The notes under the pieces are model-generated. The model searched no databases and was not told the DNA's origin. It saw nothing but the letters and a program-made list of their open reading frames with translations. From Nageia nagi (lineage: Eukaryota > Plantae > Pinophyta), in contig JBITNC010000001.1 in NCBI GenBank assembly GCA_050084985.1, positions 180,978,001 through 181,042,000 on the forward strand: DNA of 64,000 nt. Reading direction: 5' to 3'. Position 1 is the first letter of the stretch. Each line of letters opens with the position of its first letter. A program made the position numbers and the translations under genes. Positions 12,424 through 26,752 of this stretch are shown here, in pieces.

Positions 12424-14499
12424 GTGGTGTGAGAAGGCAACTCACAGCTGCCTACACACCACAACAAAATGGTGTAATTGAACGTAAGAATAGGACATTG
12501 GCTAATATGGTTAGGAATATGATCCCAATTAAGAAACTAAGCAAACTTCATTGGGCTGAAGCAATTAGGACTGCTGTTTATATATTGAATAGGAGCCCCA
12601 CTTCTAGTTTGGATGGCAAACTCCTTTTGAAGCATGGTATGATAAAAAGCAAATGTAAATTACTTTAAGGTGTTTGGTTGCTTGGGTTATGTGCATGTTG
12701 CAAAAGAGCATAGAAAGTAGTTAGATCCAAAGAGTGAGCCTTTTATATTTATTGGTTATTGTGAAGAAAGCAAAGCATATAGACTTTACAATCCTAAGTC
12801 TCAAAAAGTTGTTGTTTCAAGGGATGTTATTTTTGATGAAGTGGGAGCATGGGGTCATTTAAAACTTCTTGTTGATGATAGATCCTTTGAAGAAAGTCTT
12901 CAGTTCAGCCAAGCAAGGAAATGTTCAATCTAAAGTACCAAACAATCCACAAAAGCCCATGCAAGTGCAGCCCAAAATTGCTCCAAGTGATGGTGATGCT
13001 TCTCATGATGTTTGTAAGGTAAATGAAGGTAAAATTATGCTTCAAAGCCATACATCTTCTCTAGTGTTAGATACAAATTGTCAAAAAAGATTTGTAAGAA
13101 GTCAAGCACAAGAACTAGACCATGTAGTAAAGAGGCTTCAAAATCAACATTTGTGCGGTGACAAAATGGATGATGAACCCAAGGATGAATTGGCTAGTTT
13201 TGCTTTGATGGCTAGTATTTATTTAGAGCCTTCTTGTTATGAAAATGCAGGCACTAGTGATGTATGGTTGAAGACTATGGAGGAGGCGATGCACTCCATA
13301 AAGAAGAACGATACATGGGAGCTAGTTGAGCTTCCAAAAGGGAAAAAGGTTGTAGGATCTAAATGGGTCTATAAAACCAAGTACAATGTTGATGGGACTA
13401 TTGAGAGGCACAAGGATAGACTTGTGGCCAAGGACTTAACTCAAAGATATGGGATTGACTATGAGGAGACCTTTGCTCTGATGGCTAGACAAGAAACAGT
13501 TAGAATGGTTCTCTCCATTGCAGCTCACAAAGGATGGAAGGTACACCATTTGGATGTTAAGAGTGCATTCTTGGATGGGTACCTTGATGAAGAAGTGTTT
13601 GTGCAACAACCCCAAGGATTTGAGATAAAAGGGTAAAGAGCATCATGTTTATAAGTTGAAGAAGGCCTTGTATGGCCTAAAGCAAGCCCCAAGGGCTTGG
13701 TACTCAAGAATAGATGGGTATTTCCATCAAGATGGGTTCACAAAGAGTAAGAGTGAGCGAACCCTTTACTATAAGCATGAAGGTACTAATGTGTTGCTGG
13801 TTTGCCTTTACGTGGATTGTTTTATTTACATGGGTAGTAAGTCTAAATTGAATGATGCTTTCAAGAGTTACATGATGCAAGAAATTGAAATGAAGGACCT
13901 ATGCCTTATGCACTACTTTCTTGGATTAGAGGTATTTTAAGATGATAGTCAAATTTTTGTTTCTCAAACCAAGTATTATAATGATTTGTTGCACAAGTTT
14001 TGTATGGAGAACTGTACAATTGTTGCTACACCCATAACCCATGGAGAATCACTGAGCAAAGAAGATGGAGCTGCTAGAGTTGATGTGCACACTTATAGGA
14101 GCATGGTGGGAAGTTTGATGTTCCTAACCAACTGAAGGCCTGATATTTGTCATGCTGTTTCACTTGTGTCTAGGTACATGAGTGCCCCTTCAGAGAATCA
14201 TCTAAAGGCAGCGAAGAGAATCTTAAGATATGTAAAAGGAACTCTAAACTTTGGCATCCATTACCTCAAAAACAAAGATGTAAAACTTCTTGGATATAGT
14301 GATTCTGATTGGGGGAATAATATAGATGATATGAAGTCTACTTTAGGGTATTGTTTTAGCCTTGGATCAAGTCTTGTTACTTGGTCTTAAAGAAAGCAAA
14401 CAATTGTTGCACTTTCCTCCACTGAAGAAGAATAGATTGCCATCACAAGTGTTAGTTCCCAAGTCTTGTGGATGAAGAAAGTCCTTGAAAGGATAGGAG

Positions 14500-17400
14500 C
14501 TAAGTTGCAAGAAACTCTGTCCCAAGCCTCGTACCTGTACCGAAAACTTGACGAAACGCGTTTCCTAGGACATTTCCGAAACGTTTCCCGACTTGGAAAC
14601 GTGTTTCCATCGCGTTTCCGACTCTGGACTGGCGTTTCCAGCGGGTGCAAGTTAAAATGACACATTTTTTTTGCATTTTTCCTCCATACAAGTTCGTGGG
14701 TCCCACTTTTAAGTCATTAGAATAAAAAATAAGTAAAATATGAAACCCTAAAAGCAACTATAAGAAAATAGAAAACACTTCATTCATGCATTCTTCACAA
14801 AGCATTGGAGCATTCCCAGCAAGTAGCAAGGAGAGCTTTGGACAGTAGCAAGAAGAGCTTTGGATAGCTAGAAGTGCATTCTCAACAAAGAGGACAGACT
14901 TGTGGGCAACAACAACAAAGGTGTTGGCTGTGTTTTGAGTATTTTACTAATATTGCCATTGTTTTTAATATTTTTCTTCTATTGTTACTGTTATTTTTTC
15001 TTCCACCAGCAGTAAAGGCAAGATGGCTTCTGGTTCTGAGAGTGGTCACTCTCCAACCCCAAGAACACCTCAATCAAACAAACAGAAAGAATATTATCCC
15101 CTTTGGCAGTATGTGACTAAGATAAAAAAAATGTCTGGTGGGGGTTCATGGGAATGGAGGTGCAATCTATGTCAAAATGTGAGGCCCTACAAGGGCTCTT
15201 ACACGAGTAAAGGCTCACATTTTGCAGGTAGGGAAGGGGATTGATGGCTGTCCACATACAAAAACACCAGAAGTGAGGGCCAAGTTCCAAAGTGAGAGTG
15301 ATAATGCTCAAAGGTTGAAAGATCAAAGAAGCAAAATTGGTCAAAGTTCAAATACTCGTTTGGCTGCTAGTGGTGAGCCAAGGATTGGTCCATGAAGCAA
15401 TTAAGAGGAGGGCAACAACTGCTGAAAATGAGATGGCCAATCCTGATTCACAAAATGAAAGCAGATTGTTGAAAATGTTCAACACTCAAGAGAGAGAGGA
15501 AGTAGAGATTAGAGTGGCAAGGGCCCTCTATGCTTGTGGCATCTCCTTTAATGTGCTTCAATCTCCATACTAGCAAGATATGGTGAGGGCAATTAACACA
15601 GCCCCTATAGGTTTTAAAGGGCCAAACTATGAAAAAGTCAGAACTACTTTGCTGGCTAAAGAGAAGAACCTTATTGATGATGTTTTAAAACCTATTCGAA
15701 ACTCATGGAGCAGTTTAGGGGTGTCTATCATTTCAGATGGCTGGACGGATACAAAAAAATGCCATTGATCAATTTCATTATATCATCACTTGCTGGAGCA
15801 ATATTTTTGAAAGCTGAAGATTGTTCTAAAGAGGTAAAAGACATGAACTTTGTTGCTAACATTTTAATTGTTGCTATTGAGCAAGTAGGCCCAAATAGAG
15901 TGGTGCAAGTTATAATAAATAATGCACCTGTTTGCAAAGCAGTTGGAATGATTGTTGAGAGTAGGTACAATTATATTTTTTGGACTCCTTGCATTGTCCA
16001 TAATTTAAATTTGATCTTAGAGGAGATAGAGAATAAAACTTATTGGATTATGGAGGTCATAGCGTAAGTAAGAGATATCATAAAATTTATCACCAACCAT
16101 CACCTATCTTAAGCAATTTTTCGAGAACACTCCAAATTGGAGTTGCTCAAAGTTGCTAAGACAAGATATGCCTCAAACTGCATCATGTTGAGGCGGCTAG
16201 TTCAGGTGAAATCAGCATTGTTAGGTATGGTGGTGGGTCCTACATGGGTTGAGTGGAGACAATTAGATTTAGAGAGGGGAAATGTGGTGTGAAGGGTGTT
16301 GATTGATGAGGATTGGTGGATGAAGGTGGATTTCCTACTGAAATTCACATCACTTGCATTTAAGCTTCTTTGAGAAGCAGACACAGATAAACCTTTCTTG
16401 GGAGAGGTTTATGATGGCATGGATACCATGATTGAGAAAACTTTGGAAATTATCACACAGGAGGCTCCCATGCTTGTCTTTGTTGATTTTGATTTTGTAG
16501 ACCAGGTGAGGTCCATGACCATCAATGTTTCAATAATGCATTATATCAATATTTGCTTAAAAAATTAAAATGTGTCAACAATTTTTTTAAATTTGATGCA
16601 GGTGAGGACCATCATGGTTACAATGTGGAATGGATTTAACACTCCATTGCACATGTTGGCACATGCTCTCACGCCACGCTTTTATGATGAAGAACTCACT
16701 GCTAAAAGCAATGGGAAGAGGAAGGCCCCACACAAGGACAAGGAGGTGGCAAGTGGAGTGAAAAAAGCCTTCCAAAGTTTGTTTCCAGCTCCTCTACAAA
16801 CTAAATTGAGAAATGAATTTGCAGCTTTTGCTGCTGGATTGGAGGAATTTGGAGACATAACAGTTTTGGAGGAGAGGACCACCATGACCCCGATTAAGTG
16901 GTGGACTTGTCATGGGGTTGCAGGTGTATATTTTGTGCTTACTTTTTTGCTTTGTAATATTACTTTATGTAACATTACATAACATTACATAACAACATGC
17001 TCATGCATAGTCTTGTTCTTATGCAGGTGTACATTTGCAAGATGTTGCAATTTGTATTCTATCACAAGTGGCAAGCTCTTCAATAGCTAAAAGAAATTGG
17101 AGCACCTATGGTTTCATTCATAATGTGAAGAGGAACAGGTTGGGATCACAAAAGGTTGAGGATCTTGTATATGTGCATTCAAACCTATGTCTTGTGTCTC
17201 GTAGGGGTGAAGAATATACAAGTGGGCCTCATAAAGAATGGGATGTGGATCTAGAGAACCCAGACTTGGAACTCTCTCTTGCTACTCTTGATATTGGTGG
17301 TAGTGGTGCTAGTAGTATTGGTGCCTCTTATTCCAATGTTCGCACTACTTCTATTGAACAAGCATCTTGTTCTATTTTTGAGGATGAGGATGAGTAATGA

Positions 17401-17679
17401 GAATATGTAATTCTAATTGTTGTCTTTAGCGATGTTTTATTTTGTTTCTAGGATATATAGCCTCATGTATAAAGGCTTGTTTTGGATGTAAAGCCTCATC
17501 TATAAAGGCTTATTTTGGATTTTGTTATTTGCATCATGTAATGATCCTAGGGAGTTAATATAATATGCCTACCGTTTGTTCTTCAGAGTTAATATTTTTG
17601 TTGTTTGCATCATGTAATGTGGGAGTTAATATGGGATTTTGGCATTTGATGTATGCATCATTTAATCATCTCTTTTGTG

Positions 17680-17711
<32 letters not shown>

Positions 17712-17807
17712 CCGTGTTTCCCTGGCGTTTCCATTTTGGAGGGGTCACGTTTCCTGACGTACCCATTTTGGAAACTCGGAAATGTTTCCACGTTTCGTGC
17801 AACTTAG
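14500..17807 (+). mobile_element. hAT DNA transposon inserted in the Copia-2 RNase H
   Basis: TIR CTAAGTTGCA(A/C)GAAAC; 8-bp TSD GATAGGAG/AATAGGAG. Removing it restores the Copia reading VLERIGEKQIGPITLFCDN. Confidence 0.95.
15023..17397 (+). pseudogene. hAT transposase pseudogene (BED finger, DUF659-type core, hAT dimerization domain) with two introns (16506-16601, 16924-17026)
   Basis: LWQYV…WRCNLC, SIISDGWTD, FWTPCIVH, NTPLHMLAHAL, PIKWW and SQVASSS.A.RNWSTYGFIH.VKRNRL; multiple stops and frameshifts. Splicing both introns restores the frame. Confidence 0.9.
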
Positions 17808-20063
17808 AATAGGAGAGAAACAAATTGGCCCAATAACTTTGTTTTGTGACAACCTTAGTGCTATATAGTTGGCCAAAAATCTAGAGCATCACTCCAGGTC
17901 CAAGCATTTTGACATGAAGTACCGCTTCATCAGAGACATGGTGGAGAAGAAGTTTGTTGAGTTGCACGACTTCAAGAGTGAAGACAATGTTGCGAATTTG
18001 TTCACCAAGGGGGTTACCAAATCTCAGTTTGTGAAGCTGATGATCTTCCTGCTCAGTCCCCTCACCTTCAAGGAGGAGAATTCTGAAAATTGAGATTAGT
18101 TGGATAGTCAAACCTGCAGTTCATCCGTATTTTGGGCAGTTTCCACTCTTAACATATTTGACTGTATTTTTGGTGTTCGTTTTCCATGTCTTTTAGTGGG
18201 TTTCCTCTTTGTAACTCCTAGGACATATTGTAACAGGTTTTAGTTATTTGTAGTAGGAATTTAGTCAATGTTTTGTGTAACAGTTTTGAAAGTGATAACT
18301 CTCAAGTAGTGCTCAGTTATTAGCCTTCCATGGAGCATCTTTCTGTTATAGATCCATGGCTATATATATTTGTGTAATCTCTCCATGAATAATACATGAG
18401 AATATAGTTTACCTTTCTCACAGCTTTGAAATAATGTTATATTCAGTATTGACAAGTATTTAAAAATAAAATTTTGGAAGCTTTGTATCTTTGGTTGATA
18501 GTGGTTTTTCTTGACACAAATTAGGTTCCATGTTTTGCATTAATTTAATCAGATTGCATTTTTTCTGCGACAAAACTAGAATATAATGTAGCAAAATCTT
18601 TTAGCTGATTAGAATGCAAATTATAATATTCTAACAAGCAATGGCTATCATGAGTTGCCTATTCATCACTTGAAGATGAATGTAAGATTTCTACAAACGA
18701 TTTTTGCAGTTTCATCTTCATGTAATTCATTGGACATATTATGTTCTTCATCCAAATATTCTTGCATATGTGGCAGGATGATACTCCCATAAATACCTAG
18801 CTCAGTCAATAACTTATGCTTTCAATATCATCGCAAACGACCACATGAGATATATTACTCCCTTTATTGCTTTGAATCAATCATAGTGCCTATGAAATGA
18901 CTAGAAAAGGTTTTGATTTATAAATTGCTATGTTATCTTTGTGCACCTATCGCTTTGGGCCAATCACATGGTCATAGTGGAATGCAGAAATGATTGGAAA
19001 CATATAAGAATTTCAGGTTTTTCAAACATGGAAAATATCCGAAGGGGCTCAAAAATCATTGCAGGGAGAAAGGAAAATTTCATGTTTTTCGAATTTCGGA
19101 GAACATTGCAGGGCAGACAGATCCATGAAGGATATCATGTTAGTAGATAGAAGGGTTGTGAAGCTAGCAATGTAAACAAACAAACAGAGAAATATGCCCT
19201 TCATCTTCCTATGATCTTCATGGGTTTTTACAAGAGTAGAACATGAGAAAGAAACATGATGATGAGAACAAGTATCTGAGGATCTTCAGTCGTGTAAACT
19301 AAAGAAAATGCTAACTCAACTCACTTTCATTGATATTGCGCTTATGATGCTGACATAAAACATTCAAGGACATTATGCATGACAGATATCCATAAGCATT
19401 AATATTTCCCCCTGAACCTTGAGAAAATGATTGTTGGACCATGTATGTATAAAAGAAAAAAAATCAAAAGAAAAATAAAGCATTGTATCCAGATACAATC
19501 AAGAATCTCAGAAGTCCAAGGGTTATAAATATTGAATGAAATGTAACCCCATGCATAAATTGGGAAAATTTTATGTATAGTTTTCATTTGAAATGTGTTT
19601 TTCGGGGTGGGAGGCAGTTCTCACACATCTGAGTGAAGTAAATGGCCATGCTACCTTAATAAAATGTTCAAAAAAGAGAGCTGGGATTTACGAAAATTTG
19701 AAGATGGCTTGAATGGTAGCAGTTCACTTAAATGGTCTCCCATGTAAGAAATTGTTCCCCTTGTTATTGAGATCAGACTTGAGATGAGTTTAGGAAGTTG
19801 AGCTATTCATATCTCCTTGAATGGCCATAGTGACCGGGCTATGTATGTATAGTAGTATCATCCTGCATTGTATGACCAAGCATTGGTAGTGAGAAGGTTA
19901 ATATGAACAAGTTTTAGTGCATCCAACGTATCTTGTAACTATTAGTCATATTGGTTTGTTGCCTTACGTTTTTATTATGCAATGGAGATGATATAATCCT
20001 TCCACTCATGGTTTCTCTGGCCATTGGTGTCAAAGTGAAGATATGGTTATAAACCTTATTTTT

Positions 20064-20506
20064 TGAAAATTATACAGTAGGAATTAAGAGCGAACAGAAA
20101 CACATAACAAAAGAAAAATAGACACATCTTTTATGTGGAAAACTTTGCAGTGTGAAAGGAAAAACCCCAAGATGGCAGCTTGAATATTTTATTATCTCTT
20201 GAATTCTCTTACAACATTCAAAGGATAAAAACCCTTTTATAAATGGAAAATGAGCATTCTAGACATTGCATTTTCCAGAAAATGTGTACAAAACTGCATG
20301 TTTTAGAAACTGCGTTCAGTGCCAAAAATATCGACTGGCGTCTCCTCTCTCAAACCTTCGGGAGGCTCCCTAGCCATGCACCAACGCAACAAGTGCTTCA
20401 TTCATCACATGGGGAGCACACCATTGTACACGAATACACCATTGCACCCATGCATCACCAAGCTGAAGAACATCGAAGATTTGGATAATGACTTGACCTC
20501 CTAACA
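20064..20506 (-). mobile_element. Probable solo LTR (Copia-type)
   Basis: TG…CTAACA termini, flanks TTTTT/TTTTG, and a TTTATGTGGAAAAC…GGAAAAACCCC motif typical of Copia LTRs. No internal domain. Confidence 0.5.
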
Positions 20507-20956
20507 TTTTGATGTTAATAATCTAAGATCATTAGTTGTGTTTTACATTTGGATATGCTTATTTTTGGATGCTAAGATTAATGCAAGTATTTACTAATAA
20601 TAGGGCCCATAGTCACAAAATTTACTATCATGGACATGTGTATTAATTCCATTGGAGTAAATTTATTGGTTGATTAAGTGGCATGCATTGATACCTCTTG
20701 AGCATAGTAGTCAAACTTGGACATGGTAAAAAACTTAGCAAGCCATTTGATTTGGCAAAAACTTGACTCCACAAAGAATATATATATAATTTTGAATGGC
20801 ATTTTTAAATTTTATGTGAAATGACAAAATATATTTTTCATATATATATTTTATAAATTTTTTTTTATTTTATTTAAGACAAATTTTAATTTAATTTAAA
20901 AATATAGAATAAGCACCTTGCACACAACTACCTTGGTATGCTCGTGGGAGTTTTTC

Positions 20957-23900
20957 TGTAAAAGCCTAAATGCAACTTCTCACACAATTAAGCAAATACT
21001 CTTAATCAAGCACCCACATCTAGCCTAGAAGGGCATCAACAAGCATCAAACACCTTAGTATGCCAATGTTAGGGTTAGGGCATGAGATATAAGCAATTAA
21101 AACCTCACAATGCCAACGTCTGGCCATACATACACGTACATGTAAAGATAATCAAATGGTGCCAAAAGACAAGTATGCTCAACACAACAATGAGATCCAA
21201 TAGCCCACAACTTGCATTAATGATGTAGAATGAATACAGATACAATACCAAGCCCAATGGGCTCAATGTTGGCCTCCACGGAACCAACTAGGTCACAATG
21301 AATGTCTCTATTGCTGGACGGATGAAACACTGAATGGGACAACCTTGCTCCCTCATAATCTAAATCCTCTCCATTGAGGGAGCCCTCCTCAAACCTTGGT
21401 GACCAACTGAATGGTAGAAGCTTGACCTTGGAATACCACCACATGGGCTAGGGTGCTACACCAAAGCTGTAGATTAACAAGATCCCTTAGCCTGTCAACC
21501 CTCCTAGATGTTGCACCTAGGGATCTTGCTTGACGTTGCACCAAGACTTATGTGCTTCGGATGGTATGAGTAATATTATCAAATCTGTATATCCAACAAT
21601 AATGCTCTAAGGGCTAATATAGCTTTCTTGGATTTGGATCTCACCTCATGTCATCACCTAATCCTCTCAAACCCCAATGTTGGCACCTAGGAGTCATTCC
21701 CGGCCCAACGTGGATATTTGGGCCTCCCTCATGCTCCACATGGGTCTAAGAATGCATGCATGGGTCAAGGGGGCATGCATGGGCATCTAGGGGGGCAACG
21801 TGGGCGTCATAGGCCAACATTAGAAGTCTTCCCAAGGCTGGCACATGTGTAGAAGTGCTCCCAATCACAATCTTGGGGCCATTAAGTGCTCATCCATACT
21901 CTAAGTGCTAAATAGACCTTGGGATTCCGACAATCATGTTTTGGGATATCCAAGTAACACTCTAATCTCCACTTGGGAAGGAGACATCCCACTTGGGGCT
22001 CACAGTGGGGTCCAACGACCCATTAAGTCTTCTATTCCAAGTACTAATTTAAAAGCACAATTAAATAATTAATTATACAAAAAGGGGGAATTCGTTGGAT
22101 TCCAAAATTAATTACAATTGTACGAGGGGGACGTCACAAAGCCTCCCCTCTCAAAATTGCTTGCCCTCAAGCAATTCAATGCTGGATGTGCAAGTATCTT
22201 TGCTCCTTCCCATGTGGAGTCTTCATTTGGCAAGTCTCTCCATTTGATCAAGTACTCCTGAATCTATCTTGATCTTAGTTGCTTAACTCGAGTCTCCAAC
22301 ACTCTCTCAGGAATCAAAACCAGCCGTCCCTCGGAAGTGTAGTAGATGAAACGTCCTGCTGTCCTATGGCCTTCTTCAAGAGGGATACATGGAAGGTGTT
22401 GTGGATCTTGTTCTCCTTTGGCAGCTCCAACTCATAAGCAGTTTCTTCCACCTTGTGTAGGATCATGTATGGTCCAAAGAATCTAGGCTGCAGCTTCTCT
22501 GCTCTTGAGTGCAGATTGCCGGAATTGCTGCAATATCAAGTACACCATATCTCCTATCTCAAAGGTCCTCTCTGTTCTCTTTTGATCATAATACTTTTTT
22601 TTGATGATTTTGGGCCATTTGTAGGTTCTCTTTCAGACCTCTCATGATGTTTTGATATTCCTACAAGAAGTCCTTAGCTTTTGGGACCTTTCCTTCATCA
22701 AAAATCAAGTCTGGAAATTTAGAGGATCATAACCATACAAAGCTTTGAAAGGAGACATTTTGATGGATATATGATAGGTGGAATTATAGCAATACTCCCT
22801 AACGTGGAGCCACTTGACCCACGTTTACTGCTTCCCGATCACGTAGTGCCTCAAATACCCCTCTTCCCACCTGTTTGTTTGGGGATGGTAACTAGTGCTT
22901 GGGGTGAGATTGGTGCCACTTAATCGGAACAACTCTTGGTAAAACATGCTTATGAACTTGTTGTCCCTGTCACTCACAATCCTCCTAGATAACCCATTCA
23001 ATTTGAAGATCTTCTTAAAGAATAAATCAGCCAACTGTGCTGTGGTACATGTGATAGTATTGACAAAGAAATGTGCAAATTTAGTGAGCCTATCTACTAC
23101 CACAAAGATATAGTTTTTACCTTGCACCTTTGGAAGTCTAGTGATGAAATCCATGGAGATGTCTTCCCATTTCTGCTGTGGAATGGGCAATGGCTGAAGC
23201 AACCCTGCTGGTTTCACATGCTCTTCCTTGTTTTCTTGGCACTGTACGCACTCCCAAACATGCCTCGAAACGTCCTACATCAGCCCCTTCCATGTGAACC
23301 TCTCTCTTACTACCTTATAGGTCTTTGTAATACCTGGATGACCTACAAGAGGGATGTTGTGCAAAGCATGTAGCATCTTCTCCTTCATTTCAGAGTTAGG
23401 AGTCAAGAATATTCTATTCCTCTTCTAAATCAGCCCTTCCCTAACTATGTGCCTTTTATTCCTCATAGTCCCATCTAAGATGTCTTGAGCAAACTCATCC
23501 TTAGTGTATTCAGCCATTATAATTTTTTTCCAATCAACAGTAATGGAGGAGAGAGAGTAAAAGGATTGGTTTCTAGATAATGCATCAACAACTGTATTCT
23601 TCTTCCCTTTAATGTACTGAATCTCAAAATCAAAGGATTGAAGTTTACTTACACATCTTTTTTGCTTCTCACTCAAATCTGATTGGCTGAGAAAATACTT
23701 CAAGCTATTGTGGTCACTCTTGATGACAAATGGACCGCAAACTAAGTATTGTTTGAACCTCTCCAATGCATGCATGATGGCCAACATCTCCTTCTCATAC
23801 ACGCTGAAATTCTGCTTTGCACTTGACAATTTCCTGCTTTTAAATGCTATTGGCTGCCCCTTTTGCTTGAGTACAGCCCCAACACCAAGCTTGGATGCAT

Positions 23901-26752
23901 CACACTCTACAGTAAAAAGGACTGAAAATTTATGAATAGCCAAGCAAGGAAAGGAATACATAACCTTCTTGAGTGTCTCAAAGGCCTCTTGAGCACTCTC
24001 ACTCCAAACAAATGCATCCTTCTTGGTCAATTGTGTTAGGGGGGCAGCCAAGTGGGAGAAGCCACATATGAACCTCCTGTAGTAGTTGCATAATCCCAAA
24101 AACCCTCTTAGCTACGTTAAGGTAGTAGGTGCTGGCCACTCCTGGATAGCTACAATCTTTTGTTCATCCACCTTAACTCTCTCATGGCTGATTATATGAT
24201 CAAGATATAGGATTTCGATCATGCCAAACTCACATTTGGACTACTTGGCATAGATATTTTGTTCCTACACTGTCCTCAAAACGTGGTTGAAATGATGGAG
24301 ATGCTCCTCCCATGTTTTGGTATACACCAAGATGTCATCGAAGAAGACTAGCACGAACTTCCTCAGCTACTCCCTGAAAACCTGATTCATAGCTGATTAG
24401 AAGGTGGCCGGTGCATTAGTCAATCTGAAAGGCATTACCAAAAACTTGAAGTGACCATAATGACATCTAAATGCCGTTTTGTGGATGTTCTCTTTCATCC
24501 TTATTTGATGGTATGTGGATGTCAAATCAATTTTTGAAAAGTATTTTGCACTGTGCAACTCATCAATGAGATCATCTACTCTAGGAATGGGATACCTATT
24601 CTTGATGGTCTTCCTATTGAGAAGGCGATAGTCAATACACATTTGCATGGTCCTATCCTTCTTCTTGACCAGCACAACCAAAGAGGCAAAGGGACTATAG
24701 CTAGGCTCTATGAATCCCATATCCAATAGCTCCTTGATGGTCTTCTCTATCTCATCCTTATAGACTTTCGAATTGTTGTAGGGAGTAATCATGATTGGCT
24801 TGGCTCCTGATTCGAACTCGATAGTGTGCTCAAACCCTCTAGAAGGTGGCAACCCCTTGGGCATATCTCCAAAAACGTCCGGGTATCGGTCCAGGATGTG
24901 TTGGACCTCAACCAGTTGCTCCTTGGCCTCCCTAGAATGCAACGTGGGGCCTCCCTTGGCCAAAGTGAAAATGCAGCCCCATTCTATCTCCTTCCGGACG
25001 ATGGAACTCATCTTCTTGGTCGATACAATCTGAGTGACGGCCTCAAGTTTGCAACTAATGGGTCCGGATCTAAGTGACAACTTCCGCTCACTCTTCCTCA
25101 TTAGATCCAACGAAGTAGCTCCATCTCTCACCTCTCTTGGTGGTCCATATGTAGACGTTGGGGTCTTGGTTGGCTCTACCCCTCCAACATTGGATTTCCT
25201 CCAAAGCACCACTCTATAACCTAGAAGATCCTAATATAGTTGAAAGGTGGTCTCTCTGGAACTCTTTGGTGGTTCTTCGATAGATCTGGAGCAAGATTTT
25301 GATCTTTGGCGGATTCTTGTGCAAATGAACAAATTTGGGCTCCTACGTCTACCCCTTTTTGCACATCTTCTCCTTATGCCATTTGCTTGGGAACCATAAG
25401 AGCCTCTCCCTTTCCTCCGAAGGGATCCCATTGTCTTCGAATTTTTGAAGGAGTTGACGGAAAACCACTCTTTTGAATTCTGACTTCTTAACTTTGGTTG
25501 TAGATTTGGCTTCCATTTCCTCAGGCGGCAAGATCTTCAGCTTTGATACCACTGTAAAGGCCTAAATGCAATTTCTTACACAATTAAGAAAATTCTCTTA
25601 ATCAAGCACCCATGTCTGGCCTAGAAGGGCATCAACAAGCATCAAACACCTCAATATGCCAACGTTAGGGTTAGGGCATGAGATAACAAGTGATTACAAC
25701 TTCACAATGCCAGCGTCTGGCTCATACATTCATATACATGCACAGATAATCAAACGATGCCAATAGACAGGTATGCTCAACACAACAATGAGATCCAATA
25801 GCCCACAACTTGCATTAATGATGTAGAATGAATACAAATACAATACCAGGCACAATGGGCTCAACGTTGGCCTCCAAGGAGCCAACTAAGGCATAACGAA
25901 TGTCTCTATTGTTGTACGGACAAAACACTGAATGGGACAACCTTGCTCCCTCAGAATCTAAATCCTCTCCATTGAAGGAGCCTTCCTCAAACCCTGGTGA
26001 ACAACTGAATGGTAGAAGCTCGACCTCGAAATACCACCGGATGGGCTAAGGTGCTACACCAAAGCTATAGATTAATAGGATCCCTCAGCCTGTCAACCCA
26101 CCTAGATGCTGCACCTAGGGATCTTACTTGACGTTGCACCAAGACTTCTGTCCTTTGGATTGTATGAGTAATATTATGAAATCTGTATATCCAGCAATAA
26201 GGCTCCAAGGGCTAATATAACTTTCCTAGATCTGGATCTCACCTCAATGTCATCACCTAGTCCCCTCAAACCCCAACATTGGCACCTAGGAGTCATTCCA
26301 GGCACAATGTGGGTATCTAGGCCTCCCTCATGCTCCATGTGGGTCTAAGAATGCATGCGTTGGTCAAGGGGGCATTCGTGGGCATCTAAGGGGGCAATGT
26401 GGGTGTCATAGGCCAACGTGGGGGTCTAGAAGTCTCCCCAAGGCTGGCGCTTGTGTACAAGTGCTCCCAATCGCATCGTTGGGGCCATTAAGTGCTCATC
26501 CATACTCTAAGTGCTAAATAGACCTTGGGATGTTGACAATCATGTTTCAGGATCGCCAAGTACATTAAAACACTCTAATCTACACTTGGGAGGGAGACGT
26601 CCCACTTGGGGCTCACAGTGGGGTCCAACGACCCATTAAGTCTTCGATCCCAAGTCCTAACTTAAAAGCACAATTAAATAATTAATTATACAAAAAGTGA
26701 GGAATCTGTTGGATACCAAAACTAATTACAATTGTACAAGGGGGATGTCACA
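20957..26752 (-). mobile_element. Ty3/Gypsy chromovirus-type LTR element retaining RT-RNaseH-INT-chromodomain but lacking most of gag and the protease
   Basis: LTRs at 20957-22138 and 25553-26752; perfect TSD TTTTC; PBS TGGTATCAAAGC; PPT GAGAGGGGAGG. RT ([25 protein letters not shown]), RNase H (ECDAS…YEKEMLA), integrase (ISMDFI…VSDRD) and chromodomain EYLIKWRDLPNEDSTWEG. Confidence 0.95.
22140..25212 (-). pseudogene. Gypsy pol pseudogene (RT, RNase H, integrase, chromodomain)
   Basis: ORF fragments 24397-25212, 23425-24099 and 22825-23217, plus chromodomain at about 22140-22320; stops and frameshifts between them. Confidence 0.9.

Larger units (their letters stand above)
9008..18420 (+). 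mobile_element. Decayed Ty1/Copia element (Copia-2, related to Copia-1) with nested insertions
   Basis: LTRs at 9008 to about 9338 and 18081-18420; probable TSD CAACT/CAGCT; PPT AAGGAGGAGAA. Fragmented gag (9352-10230), protease (WLDTGCSNHM), integrase, RT and RNase H with many stops. Confidence 0.9.

Noticed and set aside
18771-18800. GCAG|GATGATACT, resembling the start of the E1 DDDT exon
   Set aside because: In-frame TAG after 7 codons and no further similarity.
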